49,323 bases of DNA, taken from the NCBI GenBank assembly GCA_038065125.1, contig JBBTRP010000038.1, positions 1-49,323 of the forward strand, read 5' to 3'. The notes below the pieces were generated by a model. It was not told the origin of the DNA. It saw nothing but the letters and a program-made list of their open reading frames with translations, and searched no databases. The stretch's first letter is position 1. The number at the start of each line of letters is the position of its first letter. Position numbers and translations under genes: made by a program. This stretch comes from Patescibacteria group bacterium (lineage in GTDB: Bacteria; Patescibacteriota; Patescibacteriia; JACQRZ01). Positions 46,339 through 49,323 of the stretch are shown piece after piece.

Positions 46339-49323
46339 ACTGGTTTTTTTGGGGTTCGGCGCGATTGCGTGGAGATCTCTCCCCACTGCGATCGCGGTCC
46401 TTCTTGCCGTTCTTCCATTATATACTGTCCGTCTTTCCATCGGGCCGCTTCCTACCACGCTTCTTGAGGCATGCGTGCTTGCGCTGGTGGGTGTGTGGCT
46501 GGTGCGCGATGGCCGCACGGCCCTTCGCGACTGTTCCGTTCTCGTCAAAGAGCGACATCGTCCGAAACCCGCAGCCCTACTCTTTTGGAGTGGCGCGACA
46601 ATTTTTTTGCTCGCGTCTCTTATTTCGATCGTGATCTCTCCAAAGCCGGTTCAGGCGCTGGGGGTGTGGCGGGCGTACTTTTTGGAGCCGGCGCTCGTGT
46701 TTGTGGTGCTCGTCCGAACGATCTCAACAGTGCCACAACTCACCCGCTGCGTGCACGCGCTCCTCATCTCCGGAATGGCCGTTGCGAGTATCGCGATTAT
46801 CCAATGGTTTACCGGATGGGGGCTTTCTGGGGCGTTACTCCTTCAGCATCGAGTCACGTCTCTCTATCCCTATCCCAATGCCGTTTGGTTGTATCTTGCC
46901 CCGATCATTCCGATCATAGCGTATCATGGCCTTGCTGTCAGGCGATCGCTGTCTGGCAGTGGCCACCACGTCCGCCACACGTTTATCTGGGGCGGGGCCG
47001 TCAGCATGATGCTTCTTGCAATTTGGTTTGCACAAACGGAAGCCGCGATCGTCGCGCTTCTCGTGGTTGGGGTGTTGGGCATGATATTTTGGAGTGAGAC
47101 AGCGCGCAAGCGCACGATCATAATCACGATTCTCGGTATTCTTGCGGTGATGGTCGCCAGCCCGCTCTCGTCCGTTGTTTCAAAAAAACTTCAACTCAAG
47201 GACTGGTCGGGAAAGGTGCGTAAGAGCATCTGGCAGGAGTCTGTCGCCATGCTTTCTGACCGCTGGCTCCTTGGAGCGGGCCTTGTGGGGTATCAAACCG
47301 CGCTTGAGCCCTATCACAAGGCGCGACACCTGGAGATCTTCTTGTATCCGCACAACGTGATCCTTAACTTCTGGAGTGAGACAGGCCTCTTCGGGGTTCT
47401 GGGATTTTTTATCCTTGCTGTATCATTTTTCTGGTTTTTTTCGTCTTATAGAATAGGCCTCAAGCAAGGCCGTGCAGGCCCTGATTTTGATGTGACGCGC
47501 GGTTTGACGTTTGGATTTGTCTCAAGCATGGGAGTTGTCCTTGTGCACGGCCTGGTGGATGTTCCCTATTTAAAAAATGACCTTGCGATATTTTTTTGGT
47601 TCCTCCTTGCCGCGGCCCTGATCATGCATACCAATTTTTATACACCTCACACCCTTGAGTCGCCCGACACCGTTAAGGCAAAACGAGTGGCTTCACAGCC
47701 CGTGCGAAAAAAGAAGACCCCCACTGCCTTGCTCGCAGTTTTTGTCGTCGCCCTCCTCGGTGCGATTTCATGGGAGCAGACCAATGCCGGAGCGCTTCTC
47801 CAACGAAGCGCGCCTCGTGCAGAGAGTGTGGCCGTCATTCCTAGCCACCAGTTTTTTGAGTGCGGCATCACCTGGTGTCTGACCGCTCAAATGCTCGCGG
47901 GCGAGCCATTTCAGTCGCTGGTAGTGGAGTGGCCTAAAGAAGCATTTCTTGAGGCGCGAATTTTTGATTCGGGGCGCTGGACTCCCTGGACGCCACTGGT
48001 GGGAGAGTCGGACGTGCGGGATGGAGAGCCTTCGGAGGAGAACGCGTTTTTCTTTTCTGCAAACAGCGGTACGCATTTTCAACTCCGCGCACCAGCGGGC
48101 GCACCAGCTCTTGCGACCGTACGCATGTTCACCGTGCCGCCCCTGTCAGACGAGCCGGCCGGACACGATGTTCGTATCTCGTCGCTTGGCGACAACGAAG
48201 GCCCAACACTCCTTTCACGGTCGCAGTGGCTGGGAGATCTGGCGCTCTCACGGGAAAAACTGGAAAGCCTCTGGCCGCCGGAGTATGAGGAGGTCAAAAA
48301 AATTATTATTCACCACACCGCCAGCACCGTACGAGACGTGAACGGGGACGGAGCGCTCGATGGAAGCGACTATCGCGAGCTGGTACGCGCCATTTACCAC
48401 TATCACGCGAGTTCAAAAAAATGGGGTGATATCGGATATCAATACATCATCGATCCGGACGGCACGATTTATGAGGGACGCTTCGGAGGCGACGGGGTGG
48501 TCGGCGGCCACGCCTATCGCAGTCGCGCGTGTACCAAGTTCGGCCCCTCCAATATGCCCTTCAACAAGGGGACGATCGGCATCTCACTATTAGGAACGTA
48601 CCAGGATCAATCCATCTCGCTTCAGGCGCACGAGGCGCTCACCACCCTGATTGCAGAAAAAGCATGGGAGTTTGAATTTGAACCGTCGGGATCCGGATTT
48701 TTTCAGGACCGGGTCTACCCGAACATCATTGCACATCGGGATGTTGACTGCACCTCGTGCCCGGGCGACACCCTCTATAACACGCTCTCTGAAATTTCAA
48801 ACATCAGTCAGCAGAAGTTTGACCTCGCTCGGGAGACGCGTGCAAGGCTGTATCATGCAGAGATGATCCCGGGAAGCGTGCCGACACGCATCACCCTTAT
48901 TCCGGGACAGCCGCAAACGATCACGGCGCAGTTCAAGAATACGGGTACGGCGACATGGCGGGCATATGGCTCGCAGAAACTCAGTCTTGCACCATCAAAC
49001 ATTAAAGAGCGTCTCGCCTCGCTCGAGTCGGTCCGCCTCGCGGCGCTTAATGACGCACGTGAAGAAGGAGGACGCGATCTAACGACAGCGCCCCTACCGC
49101 CCAAAGAAGACCCCTCGATTCGTCTCGTACAGCCGAATGTGCGGCCCGGTGAAATCGGCACTTTTGAGTTGACCGTTCCCGATCCGCCACCAGAACTCGA
49201 AAGCGAGCAGTCCTATGTGCTTACACTGGGAAACCGCGGATGGTTTGCCGACGGGCAGATTTCTTTTGAGGTGGAAAACGCCGGCCTCGAGTGGGCGGGG
49301 ACGCGGGTGCTTGACGAGGGAGA
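46319..49323 (+). CDS. O-antigen-ligase-like polytopic membrane domain fused to an N-acetylmuramoyl-L-alanine amidase (Amidase_2/PGRP) domain and NBR1-like Ig domain (3' partial; missing from the ORF track)
   Basis: I translated the frame starting at the 46319 ATG by hand and found no stop up to the window end. It has YPHNVILNFWSETGLFGVLGFF (Wzy_C-like). The amidase motifs are IIIHHTAS, GDIGYQYIIDPDGTIYEGRFGG and IIAHRDVDCTSCPG. ITAQFKNTGTATW...GTFELTV is NBR1-like. Confidence 0.8.
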   Translation, partial: MGILFFILVFLGFGAIAWRSLPTAIAVLLAVLPLYTVRLSIGPLPTTLLEACVLALVGVWLVRDGRTALRDCSVLVKERHRPKPAALLFWSGATIFLLASLISIVISPKPVQALGVWRAYFLEPALVFVVLVRTISTVPQLTRCVHALLISGMAVASIAIIQWFTGWGLSGALLLQHRVTSLYPYPNAVWLYLAPIIPIIAYHGLAVRRSLSGSGHHVRHTFIWGGAVSMMLLAIWFAQTEAAIVALLVVGVLGMIFWSETARKRTIIITILGILAVMVASPLSSVVSKKLQLKDWSGKVRKSIWQESVAMLSDRWLLGAGLVGYQTALEPYHKARHLEIFLYPHNVILNFWSETGLFGVLGFFILAVSFFWFFSSYRIGLKQGRAGPDFDVTRGLTFGFVSSMGVVLVHGLVDVPYLKNDLAIFFWFLLAAALIMHTNFYTPHTLESPDTVKAKRVASQPVRKKKTPTALLAVFVVALLGAISWEQTNAGALLQRSAPRAESVAVIPSHQFFECGITWCLTAQMLAGEPFQSLVVEWPKEAFLEARIFDSGRWTPWTPLVGESDVRDGEPSEENAFFFSANSGTHFQLRAPAGAPALATVRMFTVPPLSDEPAGHDVRISSLGDNEGPTLLSRSQWLGDLALSREKLESLWPPEYEEVKKIIIHHTASTVRDVNGDGALDGSDYRELVRAIYHYHASSKKWGDIGYQYIIDPDGTIYEGRFGGDGVVGGHAYRSRACTKFGPSNMPFNKGTIGISLLGTYQDQSISLQAHEALTTLIAEKAWEFEFEPSGSGFFQDRVYPNIIAHRDVDCTSCPGDTLYNTLSEISNISQQKFDLARETRARLYHAEMIPGSVPTRITLIPGQPQTITAQFKNTGTATWRAYGSQKLSLAPSNIKERLASLESVRLAALNDAREEGGRDLTTAPLPPKEDPSIRLVQPNVRPGEIGTFELTVPDPPPELESEQSYVLTLGNRGWFADGQISFEVENAGLEWAGTRVLDEG

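Noticed and set aside
46339-46548. An R/S/T-rich 70-aa N-terminal extension of the methyltransferase ORF
   Set aside because: It overlaps the first 75 codons of the divergent membrane-amidase gene, and methyltransferase homologues as I recall them begin near the FILGR motif.

Overview
This 49.3-kb chromosomal window contains the replication-origin neighbourhood (rpmH-rnpA-yidD-yidC divergent from dnaA-dnaN). It looks like a small-genome, Patescibacteria/CPR-like bacterium using the standard genetic code, since TGA acts as a stop in ATGA gene overlaps. By eye it is moderately GC-rich with a few AT-rich islands.

I can support about 40 CDS:
- Housekeeping: folD, polA, trmD, rpsP, smc, yidC, dnaA, dnaN, ruvC, ychF, a PBP1A and others.
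- Rhamnose and envelope glycosylation genes.
- Several large secreted or membrane proteins.

The window also has a stand-alone 16S rRNA gene with its own promoter candidate, processing stem and terminator, and no 23S nearby. There are 8 tRNA genes, all on the minus strand. The ORF track omits two real genes:
- rpmH, which is under 60 aa.
- A CDS of more than 1000 aa that starts at 46319 and runs off the right edge, encoding an O-antigen-ligase-like domain fused to an Amidase_2 domain.

The most unusual signal is that 5 of the 8 tRNA genes are followed by a displaced duplicate of their own 3' end, with the shared block starting in the T-loop.
- Behind tRNA-Trp, tRNA-Gly and tRNA-Pro the intervening ~190-240 nt is a homologous, highly structured module. 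It has a long capped hairpin, an inverted copy of the host T-arm, a near-identical 42-nt core and covarying palindromes. G-U pairs occur only on the tRNA strand.
- No recombinase gene is present, and I cannot assign the module to any RNA or mobile-element family I know.
- tRNA-Phe has an analogous trailer with a 52-nt direct repeat.

Other points:
- tRNA-Phe is also split by a 238-nt group I intron, next to an AT-rich LAGLIDADG-like ORF.
- A 184-bp MITE-like perfect inverted repeat is fused to the yidD 3' end.
- An AT-rich methyltransferase sits in the rimM slot of the rpsP-trmD operon.
- The SMC is unusually short.
- There is a candidate oriC between dnaA and dnaN.
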